Notes under the pieces: generated by a model
Databases searched by the model: none
What the model was told of the DNA's origin: nothing
The model's input: only the letters and a program-made list of their open reading frames with translations
Shown: piece after piece, positions 13,969-26,915 of the stretch
How positions within the stretch are numbered: the first letter of the stretch is position 1
Layout: every line of letters starts with the position of its first letter
Source: Vicugna vicugna
Lineage: Eukaryota
Length of the DNA stretch: 64,000 bases
Reading direction: 5' to 3'
NCBI GenBank assembly: GCA_013265495.1
Contig: MU057487.1
Location: 372,001-436,000, forward strand
Program-made: the position numbers and the translations under genes

Positions 13969-14734
13969 TACTATATTAAAATGAGTTACTTATCAATAAT
14001 GACTTGTGCAGCTTTTTATACATTTTACTCAGTTCTTTATACACCACTGTTACTTACATTCTATAGTTTCTGTTTTCTTGAATTCATTTTAAATCTTGCT
14101 GTAATGCAGCCTAAATTATTTTCTAGAAAAAGTGCATAGGTAATGAATTTTATGTCTTTATATATCTCGACGTCTTTACTTTTTCACTTGAGTTATTATC
14201 TAGATCAAAAGATTTTTTCCACCAACAACTGTAGATTTTGTTCTTCCCTCATTCACACTCCTATTTTGTAGATAGCATAATAATTCTGATGGCTGTCTGA
14301 TTTCAGTTCTTTTGCAAATATTTTTCCTTTTTTGGTAACATAAGTTTTCCTCCTTAGTTTGGAGTTTACAAGTTTTATTAGATAGTATCTAGGTTATATT
14401 CTACAACTTACTCCATCTCTACCACAACATTTCTGTAAAAAAATTCATCAAGTTCTTGCTATCTGAAGATGTTAATACCTTGTCAGCTCAAGTAACTTTT
14501 CCTTTATTATTTTCTACTTCTTACTTCTCTCTTGTTAGGTAGAGGTTAAGTCTTCTGCGTTTGTTCTCTGCCTCAGCTTTTCTCTTATAATTCTCATCTC
14601 TTTGTCCTGTTGTATTGAACCCTGGAAGATTTCTCAGCACAATCTTTTGTTTCACTATTTCAGCTTTAAGCCCATATCATTCTGATATTTTTCTTTGAAT
14701 TTTGTATTTAAATAATCTTAGTTTCTAATTTAAA

Positions 14735-14862
14735 AAATCACTTTATTGAGGTATGATTGATATACAAGAAGCTATGCATACTTAATGTATACAACTTGAT
14801 GAGTTTGGACTTAAGTATACACATGTGATACCATCAGTATAATCAATGCCGTAAACGTATCC
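14735..14862 (-). mobile_element. L1MB-like 3' tip
   Basis: ctttattgaggtatgattgatatacaagaagctatgcatacttaatgtatacaacttgatgagtttgga. Confidence 0.7.
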
Positions 14863-14874
14863 AATTGCTTCTTT

Positions 14875-15157
14875 CTTTTCAAATTGAAGTTGGGTCAATT
14901 TCTGGTGTACCGCATAATAGTTTAGTTGTACATCTACATACATATATTCATTTTCATATTCTTTTTCATTATAGGTTACTGCAAGGTATTGAATACAGTT
15001 CCCTGTGCTGTATAGTAAAAACTTTTTTATCTATTTAATATGTAGTAGTTAGTATCTGCAAATCTTGCACTCCCAATTTATCCCTTCCCACCCCTTTCCT
15101 CCCTGGTAACCATAAGTTTGTTTTCTACATCTCTGAGTCTGTTTTGTAAAGCATTTG
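14875..15157 (-). mobile_element. Camelid/cetartiodactyl L1 3' UTR, 5'-truncated
   Basis: Homologous to the L1 3' UTR at 56310-56610; TSD ccaattgcttcttt (14861-14874) and cccattgcttcttt (15158-15171). Confidence 0.8.
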
Positions 15158-15258
15158 CCCATTGCTTCTTTTTTGTAGTAGACTTATTTTTTGTGTGTAA
15201 CATCTTTTCAGATCTCTAAGAATTCTAATTATATATATTTAAAAGCTATCTGCTCTTT

Positions 15259-15624
15259 TTTTGTCCTCAAATTGATATTTTATTAAAGTTATCTAAATTG
15301 TTGAATGGGGATTTTTTTTTATTGAGTTATAGGCAGTTTATAATGTTGTGTCAATTTCCAGAGTAGAGCACAACTTTTCAGTTATACGTGAACATACATA
15401 TATTCATTGTCGCATTCTTTTTCACTGTGAGCTACCACAAGATCTTATATATATTTCCCTGTGCTATACAGTATAATCTTGTTTATCTATTCTACATATG
15501 CCTGTCAGTATCTACAAATTTCGAACTCCCAGTCTGTGCCTTCCCACCGGCCTCTCCACTGGCAACCACAAGTTTGTATTGTATGTCTATGAGTCTGTTT
15601 CTGTTTTGTATTTATGTTCATTTT
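15259..15624 (-). mobile_element. Camelid L1 3' UTR (15312-15624) with a ~49-bp 3' transduced tail
   Basis: Reverse complement resembles the 3' UTR of the young L1 at 36075-36365. Two poly-T runs; TSD tatctgctcttt (15247-15258) and tatctactcttt (15625-15636). Confidence 0.8.
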
Positions 15625-17796
15625 TATCTACTCTTTCTTATATGGGCTTTGTTTCCTCAGGTATTCATTCCTTGGTTGGTTCTAACACCTGTTTTGACAT
15701 TGTTGGCTTTTTTGAGGTATTTGTACTTATAACTGAGGCCTGAGGTTGGTAAGTCATGAGAGCTAGAGATGGTTCCCCCTGCAAAAGTGAATATAATAAT
15801 TCCCTTGGTGAGTGAATTTTGATTCTATTTATTGAGGAGTTTTGTGTAGAGAGAGGGTGCATGATTGTGACCAGGAAGGTATTTCTGCTGTATTACCCTG
15901 AGAGTTTGCTTAATACATCTATGAAGTGAACCAGAAGTTACCGGGAGCACCACTGTGGTACTCTCCTTTTGCTCCAAAACTTCTGTTTCTTATGGCAGAT
16001 CCTTTATTTTATCTGCAGGGCATTTCTTGAGGCTTTAATCAGAGTGTCAAGATAGAATCAACAGTTCCACGTTCCATTCCACTGCAGCTCCCAATCCCAC
16101 TGCCGACTGTACTTCCAGTCCCCGCTGACTGTGGTCTTGATGGTCTTGATTTCTGAGAAGAACACACTTCTTTAGTGCTGTTCTCTTGTGCATTTCAGTG
16201 CTACAGTTTCAGCACTATTAGATTTTACTATCAATTGATCCCGTCTGCTGGTGTTTTCTAGAAATTCCCCACTATTCTGGTCAGCACCTTTCCCAGGTTT
16301 CTAGTGCTACCATGGATTCGTTCTTATTTTAAAATTTCTTCTGTTATTTGAATGGCATCATGGGAAGTAAGAAAGATTAGTACATATGCTCAGGTATCCA
16401 TCATAAAGCAGAAAAGCCCAGTTTTTAGTATTAGCAAAAAAAGAATTTCTTTCTTCTGAGGAATCAGCATAGTTCATTTCATGGAACTCATAACTCTTCT
16501 TTCAGTTTAAGCTTTGTTTCAGAAATGTTAAGTGCCAGGTACTTTTACCACATGATTTGAACACATTTCTCTATATCTTTATATAAATTCAAGGTTATTT
16601 TCCTATTTTACAGATTAAAAAACAAAAGCCTGAGGAATTTGAACTAGTAAGTGATTTTAATCAATGTGATGCTTTCAACATGATGCTTTCCAAAGCCATA
16701 TATATTTTTTAAAGGACAAAATGATTTAAATACAGAACACTGGAGACTTCATAACATAACTTAAGTTTTATGATTTTGTAATTTGGTTCAAGACTGCTGA
16801 TATACACAGTATTTTCCTCACTGTAGACTTTAAAGAAGATATTAAATGTTTGCATTGATTTTGGAAGAGATTGTCTCTAAATTGACTAAATATTTAATTC
16901 CTCCAGACATATTCTATTGACAATTCCCCTTATCCCTTTGGAGACAGTGATCACTATAATACAGTAGTAAATGTGTATATATTTATCAACATTTATGTCT
17001 GTAACATATGTTGGCAACAATTATTTCCATGATCTAAGTTTCAGCTATAATTACTTCTGTGGCATAAGAATTGGCCATACTGTAGTAAATATTTCTTTAA
17101 AAAATCAGCAATGCTTACGTGATAATATTCATGCATAGGGCTGAAATTGAGAGCATTTTGGCCCCTCATAATTTTAAATAGCTGTTTATCATTTGAACAA
17201 CTCACCTGTGTTCATTTATAATTTAGAGAAGCTACTCTGATGAATTCCTTCAGTTTGCATTGGTTAGTGGCCACAGAGCTCCAGGGAGAGAAAAATTACT
17301 TAGGTTTCTTGAAATAAGGAAATTGTAAAAATTCCAGTTCATCCTTCAAACAAAAATGGAAAACTACCTTTTAGTGATCTGAGTAAACTTATTTTAATTA
17401 TCTAATGCTAATGACATCATTTAACCAACAAAAGAATTCTTTAAAATTTTTTAACATTGGTATAATTGGCAGTCATGCCAAAAGAGTTTGAATGTTAAAA
17501 ATGATAAAGACTATTTCTTCTCTAACTTACCTTTGGTCATTGGCACTTGCCAACTCATGGAGTCTGGAATTAGATAAAAAATTTTTTTTACCATTTCCAT
17601 CCCCGAAACAGTTAACTTCACTTTATTTTTAATTAGTATTATTTCAGTTGTGGCAATTAAATATGCACAGACAGTATTGTCTGTACAGTAGTTCCGTTAT
17701 TATATGTGAATATATTTTCTCTGCTTTCTGGACATTTTAGGCTATTTGCAAAGCCTTTGTTGTGGTGTAGCTGATACTTAAGATTATAGGGATAAT

Positions 17797-17878
17797 TTCC
17801 CCCTCTTCCCTTCCTTCCTTCCCTTCTTCCTTTCTTCCTTCCTCCCATCCTCCCATCCTCTTCCTCTCCTCTCCTTTC
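17797..17878. repeat. (CCTT)n / CT-rich polypyrimidine tract
   Basis: About 80 nt almost entirely C/T. Confidence 0.85.
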
Positions 17879-19264
17879 ATTATTTGTTTTTCTTTCTAGC
17901 TGTCATTACCTTATTCTTAGACTGAAGGTGTAATTTTTAAATTGAGAGTTTAGATCAATATTCTAAGTATATTGGAGGCTAAGGCAATGATTTTGTCTTT
18001 ATCACCTTTAATAGCTTCTTTTAAGTAAATAGGCTCCTTGCTTCCCCTCTTTTCTCCATTCTGAGTTGCTATTTATGTGAGTGTTTATCATACTTGCATA
18101 TGTTCCCAGTTTTTTCCAATTCACTTACTCAGACTCCTAATTAGTGTTGAAATGCTCTTTCATTTTATCTTAAAGGATTCTTAAAGGAAGCAGCCTATTC
18201 TGAAAATGTTTAAAAGTAATGAAAGTCAAAACATTAAGTGAAAGTGAATTTGTGATTTAATCCAACTAATGAGACTGTTTGTCTTAGCTTCTTAAAGTTC
18301 AGATTGTTTTAAAATCACTTTTGTTTTTAATCTGCTTTTTCAAAAATTTTGAAGAGGTATAGTCCTACCCATTTCTACTTATAGCCAAAAATGAGAGAAA
18401 GTAATTTTCAGTTTTAAAATGTTGCTACTTTATATTTTTGTGTAGACCCTTAGGGAGGATCCTTATAACAGAAGGACCAAAAGTTGACCCAAATTGTGGA
18501 ACAAAATTAATTAATCTTAGTGAAGCCTGAACTAAATACAAATATGATTTTATTTGAACTACCACTTGCAAAAAAAAATTCTTGACAATGAATATTTATC
18601 ATTCACTTTTGATATAAACCTAGCCCACATTTACTATAAAACATTTCTAAAATAAAGGAAAATATAAAGGAAAGAAAAATCAACCACAGTCTTACCACAA
18701 AGAGATATTTTCTGTTCACTTTTTGATAAATTGCTTTCCTGTATCTTTTTGGCATATGTTTGTACACAAGTATACACATATTTTAAAACATACTGTGTAT
18801 ATAGTTTAATCTTTAAAAATGATCAACTTTATCAGTTTAAATGGGAGGAAAGCTCATTTTCTAAAATGACTGAAGCGAGGCATCAAAATATTCTCTGAAC
18901 TAAACAGTGATCTCATTTCAAACTGATTACAGAAGAATTTTCAAATCCTTGAGTGTTCTAAATGTGTCATTAGTTGTATCATACCACTTGAATTTGTAAT
19001 TATTGAAGGGGAGGGAAAAGATTCCCCTGTATGTTTGGTTATTGAAATCCTAAGTTTTATATTTAATTTGAGAAGCTCCAATAAACTTTACTATTGAAGA
19101 AAATTCTGAACTCACTATGAATGGGCTGTGTTAAACATGCTGTTTCCAAACTGTTTTAAGATTTTAAGTTAATGCAAAACCACTCCTACAGAAATAGAAG
19201 TTAATAGCTGTGGTGTGCATTCTCGTTTTGACGAAGTCACTCTCAAGGGTAGGGGAAGATTCAA

Positions 19265-19415
19265 GGTTGTTGAAAATACATTGTACTTAGCAAATTTAAT
19301 AAAAGAATATGTCCATAAGTACTTTGTTACAGGCCCTCTCCAAGTCTTGGAAGGAGCCTATGTAAGTGAGCAGCCCTGAAGCTTAAAGCTTCATTAGTTT
19401 CATAAGATTTCCTTA
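19265..19415 (-). mobile_element. hAT-Tip100 DNA transposon end (Zaphod/MER115-like)
   Basis: Reverse complement tgaaactaatgaagctttaagcttcagggctgctcacttacataggctccttccaagacttggagagggcc matches the recalled 5' terminus of this family. Confidence 0.55.
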
Positions 19416-19603
19416 GCTCAGAAGTTAACAATAGTTTTCATTTGAGAAGTATAGTTACATCACAACATTATGTTACTAAATGTGGATCTGTAGTTACCTA
19501 ATTTCATGGAAAGAAATGGTGGGGAGAGCGAGAGGACATATTAAAGGTTCTGTAGGCCAAGACTGACAGAGAGGCTCTTACATACCTGAAAGTTCAGGTG
19601 ATG

Positions 19604-19641
19604 CTATGGCCATAACACCCTGAGCACGCCCAATCTCGTCT
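19604..19641 (+). pseudogene. Tailless 5S rRNA retropseudogene (5S nt 3-40)
   Basis: ctatggccataacaccctgagcacgcccaatctcgtct versus mammalian 5S CTACGGCCATACCACCCTGAACGCGCCCGATCTCGTCT: 33/38, three of five mismatches are CpG decay. Flanked by 16-bp direct repeats at 19588-19603 and 19642-19657. Confidence 0.9.
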
Positions 19642-20074
19642 AAAACTTCAGGTGATGGCCCAATGAGTAGGTATTATTGCTGCATGATTAGTCCAGGTTC
19701 AGAAGTCAGGAAAGGCAGTCTAAGCTGGTGGTCAAATGAGAAGATCAGAAGCAGAAACAGAAATTCCTGACTTGGGAGCCAGGAAAGTAATGGGAAAGGC
19801 AGACCCAGGTGGATGTAGGTACTGTTGCCCATGGATGGTGTTTACTTCCGAGAAGTGGTGGTTGGGAGGCCATCTGGGGTCAAGTGATCAGAAATGGGAT
19901 GACATCAGTCTACATTGTGACCATGAGCCAGGCATATTCTCAAGACGTTCTTGTTTAAGACAGCTTTCCAAATTTGAAATTGTGTAGGAGAATGTGATTT
20001 GGAATCAGAAAATCTGCCTCTGAGTTCACTTGCTACCTCTTAATGTCTATATAACATTGGGGAAAATTCAGCTT

Positions 20075-20548
20075 CCCAAAATTTAGTGGCTTAAATAACA
20101 AAATTACCTTTTTTTTTTTCATGAATCTGCAGTTGGGTGGGGCTCAGTGGGGAGAGCGTGTCTCTGCTCTACTTGGTATCAGCTGGAGTGACTCCAAGGC
20201 TGTGGGCTCGGATGATCTGTAAGCTCACTCACTCACCTGTCTGTTGGTTGATGCTGTCTGTGTGCTGGAACCTCTGGCTGTGGCTGGAATACCTACACAT
20301 GTCCTCTCCACATGGAGGCTTGGCTTCCTTGTGGTGTGGTAGCTGGTTTCTGAGGGCAAGTATCCCTGATGGCTGGGCAAAGCTGTATCACTTATGCGAC
20401 TTAGCTTCAGAAGTCATTCAGGGTGACTTCAAGGGCAAGAAACACAGACTCCTTTTCTCAGTGGAGAAATGATGATGTCACATTATAAGAAGAACACGTG
20501 GATGGGATATGTTAGTGTTAGCATTTCTGGAAAATGCAATCTGCCACA
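20075..20548 (-). mobile_element. MLT1 (MaLR; MLT1G/H-like) LTR nested among MIR pieces
   Basis: ccaaaatttagtggcttaaataac... ending ttctggaaaatgcaatctgccaca, which is the TGTGGCAGATTG start on the - strand. Confidence 0.75.
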
Positions 20549-20551
20549 AGG

Positions 20552-20790
20552 ATAATAACAGCACATTTATTGAATACTTAATAAGCATCAGGTGCTAAGT
20601 GACTGACATATATATTACCTCACTTAATTTCTCACCATAACACTCTTAGGTAGGTACTGTTACTGCTTCTATTTTACAGATGAGGAAAACGAGGCACAGT
20701 TGAGTCTTAGATCACCAAGAATTCAGCTGATGAGGGGGTGGAGTCAAGGTTTGAACCCAGATCTTTAGAGCCATGCATACCAGTCTCTAA
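20552..20790 (-). mobile_element. MIR SINE
   Basis: acatttattgaatactta...ctattttacagatgaggaaaacgaggcacag...tttgaacccagatct. Confidence 0.85.
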
Positions 20791-23544
20791 ATGCATTAGT
20801 CTCTAAGAGCAGAATCGTTTTGGGGATTAAACAAGATCATGTCCGTGATAGAGCTTTGTGAATTATGAACTTGCTATGCAAATTTAGGTCTTTTGAGGAA
20901 AACTTTGGGAAAAATTTCAGAAATATTAATATTTCAGATTCAGTATAGTGAATGTGTGCCTAGGTAGGCTGCAAAATTAGTTTAACAAAAATACTACTGA
21001 TGGTGTTATTTGGTGTTTCCAAAAGGTAAAGCTTCTGAGAGTCTTCTTTTCCTTTTATACTCTCTGATTATTCCGTTTTCTCATGCCAGCACCTTTGGCC
21101 ACGTCCTGTATTACCATTATGGAATCAGAGAATGTGAACGCTGTGAGAAGTCTTACATATTATACGGTCCAACTTCCTAATATATCATAGAGTCTTTAGT
21201 TGTGGCCTTTAGAAATGTAATGCTCTTCCTTTGAGAATAAATACTGATGAAGAGTATTTTTCCCCTTACATTCTCAAAAAGTGTAACATTTTTAGCAGTT
21301 CATACAAGCGTAAAGAATGACAGACTTGGGGTGAAAGACTTTTTATTTTACTTCAGAGGTTAAATATTTGGGTATTTATTAGAGTACTTTGCCTTCTATT
21401 AATATTTAACAAAATGGCAATATATGTGTAGTACAGAAAGGAAAACAGAAGATAATATTTCCCATGTTCCTAGAGCCTGCGTTGTATAAGGAACAGCCTC
21501 TAGACATAGTGACTGGTTTCAAACTAGCAGAAATCTAAGTTATTGGAGGTGTTAAATATCCAGGATATATGCCTTTCTTCTTAAAGTGTAGTTGTTTCAT
21601 TAAACAAGACAAATAATGCCCGTGTGTGTGTGTGAGTATGTTTGTGGCAGGAAATCAATTTCAATTATCCTATGAAACACCACTAAGCATCTATCCTACA
21701 TGAAGCCTACTGAGAATAGTTTGTGGGCAGGACAAAGCCAGAATCTCCCTTGGAGGCATTTCTGTAGTTCACTGAGCATGGAATAACTTGGGAAGGTGGC
21801 AAGGATTTATGTATGGTCTCTGGTTCACCTTGAGATGAATCTCAAACTCAATTCTTCGTCAAGCTAGGTCACTCCATCCTGTTTGAGACAGGAGGTCATG
21901 TTTTAATGGCAGTTTCGTGTTGTTGCAGGTCTCAAACTCTAGCCCAGGGCTGCCCTGTCTGGCCAGTATTAGGATCTCTGTGTCCCAGCGTCTTCTCCTG
22001 CAACAGAAAGAATCCAGCTTGATTTCTGTGTGGGCAGGACTTTCCAACTTCCCAGGGAATTTAGGTTATCAGCTCAAATCATGCTTTGTCCAGAGCCTAG
22101 ATTCCTAAGGCTAGAGTCAGAGATGTTGAAAGCTGTTTTCCTATCCACAACAACAACAACAACAAAACAAACAAAAAATCACTCAGAGCACAGGCATTCG
22201 TTTCGGAAGTTAGACATTTCTATGGGTCAGACTAAAAGATTTCAGATGTATTGAGTTTAGCAAGGTAGTTTTCGGAGGAGAAATGTCAGTTGTCAGTACT
22301 CAACCCTGATGTTGTCTCAGTATATAATTAAGATGATTAGTGTAATTAGAAGTCATGGAGAACTTTACCACAATATCGTTTCAGATTTCACAGTTACGCC
22401 TCAAGATTTTGAGAACAGGTTAAAAAATGTTTAATTTTATTCTCACTGTTGTTTCCTGAGGCTCTAGGGTTTAGTTTTCTTCCCATCTGCCCTTTCTTCT
22501 TTCCTTCTTTCCTTCCTTCCTTCCTTAAGAAAAAAGCAGATAGCTTCATAAGGCATTGTATCAGTCAATGCACTTAGAAGTTATAACATTTATGCATTAA
22601 GTATAAATAAATGATAAAAGTAAATAATAAAATTTCCTAAGATTAACAGGTGGAGGATGTCAGACCGTCAAGAGAAAGTGAATGTTGATCAGTTGAGAAT
22701 TAGTTAATTAGTTAATTAGAACTAGTTTGGCTTTATGTTTTTTAAGTTATAATATTATTCTTCAAAGCTTCATGGTAGGAAAACCCTAAAACTATGCTAA
22801 GATTTAAAGAAAACTTTGTGATGAGTTATTTCTTCCATCAGTGAACTCACCTTCTGCTATGTTTTATTAATAATAAAGTTATTTGGCGTTTTTCAAAAGA
22901 TAAAACTCCAGAGAATCTTACTTTCTGTATTAAATCATCATTAGTTTTAACAAGAAAGCCCTAAGAGAGGAGGCAACTAATTTCTGAGACTTTCAATACT
23001 AGGAAGCAAGAGGTTTTAGCTGAGCTCAGTCTGCAGTGTTGTTGTGCAGAGTGATGCATTTGTTGGACTGATTCTCGCTGAAGTTCTTTCTAATTACGAG
23101 TAGGGAATAAATGCATGTGCAGCAATTCACGTACCATCGTAGAGCTTCATCTTTCTTTGTTAAGTAATCCTTCTTATGGTGGATTTAGCACTCTTACCAT
23201 GATTGATGACCTTAGACGAAAGTTCTTTCCACTTTTCTAGCCAACCTAAAGACAGTACATTGGAAGATCCTAGTACGCTCTGTTTCTCCCAAGACTGTTC
23301 TTTCTCTCTGGAAGAAAGTTAGGGCCATAATAATTCTACTCAGACTTCACATATGTTTCTGGAGTTGGAAAAATTAAAACACTACCTACTCTTCTAAGTG
23401 CTTGTTTAATCAGTTAAGATTTGAGAACTGTCCCAGAATGTTGTAATATTAAAAGAGATTTAAAGACTGATTGTCTCCCACTATAGTTCTCTTTTTTGTG
23501 CATATAACCATCAATAATAACCTAGAGTTCTATTTTATATGGCA

Positions 23545-23820
23545 ATGTGGTAGAAGGGATGGTGTCCCCAAAGTTGGGAGCCCTGAGTTTTGGTAGATTA
23601 GTGCCACTAACTTCCTCACTGACCCTGGGTAATTTTCTTCACTTTTTTGGACCTCACTTGTAAAATGAGGGTCATAGACTATATAACATCAAATGTTCCC
23701 CAAGTTTAATATATTATATATATATATAGCACATTATATATAGTTCAATGTTTTATATAATATGTAATGTTATGTATAGTATATACTATTATATACATAT
23801 ATAATATTTATGTATTTAAT
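23545..23820 (+). mobile_element. MIR3-like SINE followed by an AT-rich low-complexity tract
   Basis: gtgccactaacttcctcactgaccctgggtaa...tgtaaaatgagggtcatagacta, then a degenerate (TA)n. Confidence 0.6.
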
Positions 23821-24014
23821 TATTTCATTAAATATGTAATTTTTAAGTGAACTGCAGAAAATGCACACTGTCACTTAAAGTGCATGGGCTGTAAAAGGGC
23901 AGTGATACATGCTTCCCGAATTCCTCTAGGACTTTAAATCCAATATAATCACATTCTAGTGGGACAAAGAGTTTATCAAGGAGACTAATTATGTAGTTTC
24001 TGCTTGAATTGGTC

Positions 24015-24720
24015 AACAATTACTCATCCAACAAGAGTTATTGGATTGAAACAGTGCCCAGACACTGTGCTGGACAAAGGTGGTACAGACACAGCCCTTA
24101 CTTGTACCAGGTTCACACATTAATGGAGTATACAGGAATTAAGTAAATAATCACACTAACATGATTACACATTTATCCATATCTCACCAAAAGAGCTGTA
24201 AAGGGAATAATACTGTTATTGTGATGGTGGAGCCAAGGTGGAGCCACTTTATATAGGTTGGTTTGGGAAGACCTCTATGAGTAAGAGACAGAGCTGAGAG
24301 GCTGAAACCTGAATGATGAATAGAAGTAAGTCTGGCAAAGGCAGAGGGAAGCAAATGAGATTTTGCTTTCAGCAAGGAAAGAGCTTTCCACACTTGAAAA
24401 TGAGAAGGAGTCCAATGTGGCTGCAAAAGTGAACTGGCAAAGTGGCAAGAAGTGAGGCTGGCATGGCAGGGAGATGAGGGGTCACATGAAACCTTTCAGG
24501 CCATGAAAAACTTTTGGATTATATCCTAAGTGTTGGAGGACAACCACTAAAGATATCTGAGCTAATAAATAAACTTATCTAATTATATTTAAGATAACCA
24601 CGATTTCCAAGTTGAGAGTGAATTGAAGAGAAATGAGTGGGCATGGGGAGATCACAAAATGAGAAGAAAGAGATAGTGAAGGCTTGGATTAAAATAATGG
24701 TAACGGATAAATTCAACATA
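24015..24720 (-). mobile_element. L2 3' region
   Basis: actcatccaacaagagttattg...ccagacactgtgctgg...ttttggattatatcctaagtg. Confidence 0.75.
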
Positions 24721-26459
24721 CATTAACTGATAGATTATGAGTAAGCAAGAGTAAGGAAATAAAATGATTTAATTTTATTGGACATGTGGAATATATCTAA
24801 ATTAACTTTTGCTGCAGACAGCTTTTTTATGTATCATACACACAGATGTATATGCATGTGTGTGTCTGTGTATGTACATGTGTGTATTTGGAATTGTCAT
24901 AAATTTTATTATTTTCTTCTTCTTACTTTTTTTTTAACTTTAAAGGCCTTTATTTACTCCTATATTAGAATGGGTCCAGAAAACAGACATATGGGTAAGA
25001 TATTGTTTTAATACCCTTAGTTTCTGGTTCTTTAGATACTTTCTCATCTGGCTTGCACTTCAGCACTGTAATCATTCCTTTGCATGTCCATCTCCTCCAG
25101 AAGCCTAACTTTATCTAGTACATGGATTCTCTCTATTCATTTGCCCCTAAGGGTCTTGCTTTGCCTGCCACACACATGTGCTGGAAGATACTGAACAACA
25201 AAATGATCATCATGTTCATTCATAGGATGTAATATTTGTTCTTCTGTGTCCCCTGATGATGGTGAGAAAACTGGAGGCTACAGAGCTGCTTATTTGAGTT
25301 CCTACATTTCTGCTCTCTTTTCTCGGTAATGAGTCAGAGATATTGGAGGGTGGTGATTTGGCAGCCATAGCGCTTGCAAAGTGTCATTGGAAGAGCTAAG
25401 TCAACAGTACCTGTGTGGTTCATCAAATTGAAGCTCTTGGAATTGGAAGAAAGCTCAGAGGAAATCTAATCTTACAGAGGAGTCTCTCTGTACTGTAATG
25501 TCATAGCTGAAGGTCGTCTAAAATGCTTGATTCCAAATATTGGGCTTCTCAGAAATAATGTCTCCTTTCTTAGTTGTAATTGGTGAAAGTAAATGATGAT
25601 GTAATACCAAAGTGGGAAACTAGACTACAATGCATTCTCATTTATTTAAACTACTAATTAAACTGTATATTCTATTAAACATAGAAATAAGGAAATAGAT
25701 AACATATACAGAAGAAGGAAAATTACAGTGGATGATTTCCACTCAGGTTCTTAATGAACTTATTGTTTATATTTTATTTATATACATTTTAACCCAAATA
25801 CTGTCATTAAATGTTTCCATCTTCCATGCCCAGCCAGTTCCTTCTCTCTGTAGTCCTCTTATAAAAATATACTGTGAAGATTTTAAATAATAGACATAAG
25901 GAACTATTCACCATCAGAGCGTATTTATAAATGATCCAAGGATAACTTTGGGAGAGTGCCCAGGACCTAGTGTGTTGTGAAACTGACACACTCTGCCTTC
26001 TGTGCACTGCTCTGCTTTACAGCCCCTTGTATCCATGGCATCATGATCCCTCCTGTGCCCACTGCTTTCGGGAAGATCTGCTGAACTAAATCAGATTAGG
26101 ATGTTGGGGCTTTAATGAGTTACCTCTCCTAGGAGCATTTTTCTTTTTAGGAGAAAGAGAAAAGTCATGTCTTGCTAATGGTAGAACTCAGGTATCAGTG
26201 AAGGAGACATCTTGAACTAGAGGGGACCAAGCCTCTGCTGGCACTTTTAATAGCAGTGTGTGTAAGCCTTCTTCCAAACACCCTGGCCTGAAGGGCAGAT
26301 AAAATGCCCAGTGACATTTACTTGGTTGTGTTCTTAGTTGGCTCTTCAGTGACTCTGCCTTGTTATCACACGTAGACACAGCCTGTCACCCTTCCTTGCA
26401 GTCTCCCTGACCCGGCTGATTCATCCCTAAAGGTTCAGACTCACACATCTGGTCCTCCT

Positions 26460-26915
26460 GCATGTCAACTAGGACTGCAGGCTCTGGACTCTGATTGCTG
26501 GGCCTGACTTCCCATTCTCTCCCATTTACTGTGTGTGGGAACAGAAGTAACATTTCCAAGTCTCAGTTTTATCATGTGAGAAACGCCATGTTGTGGGTTT
26601 CTGAGGACAAAAGGAGACAATGGATGTAAATGGCTTCATCTAGTACCTAGAATACAGTAGAGCTCAAGAAATATTAGCTAAACAAATAATAACAAATTCT
26701 CATATGCAAATATTTATACATATTAAGTCATCTAATTCTTACAACAACTCTAAGAAGTGGTTTCTATTACTATTTCCATTGTACAGATGAACAAAAGCAC
26801 AGAAAGGTTAACTGCCTTACCAAAAGTCCCATAGCTAATAAGTGAAGGAGTCAGAATTTGAGCCCAGGGCTTTCTAGTTCCAGAGTACCTGCTTTTTACC
26901 ATTCTGCAGTGCTAC
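26460..26915. mobile_element. Two MIRs tail-to-tail (+ 26460-26690, - 26690-26915)
   Basis: aagtctcagttttatcatgtgagaaa...; ccattgtacagatgaacaaaagcacagaaaggttaac. Confidence 0.75.

Larger units (their letters stand above)
11900..16400 (-). mobile_element. Highly decayed antisense L1 (L1M4/L1ME-like) hosting several younger insertions
   Basis: T-rich antisense L1 ORF2 to ORF1 remnants (tagtatcaacccagcttgg; aaacatctattgttggtttta; tatagttggatgtttg). Confidence 0.55.

Noticed and set aside
19604..19641. Functional 5S rRNA gene
   Set aside because: Only about a third of 5S, with no internal promoter or terminator, and CpG-decayed.
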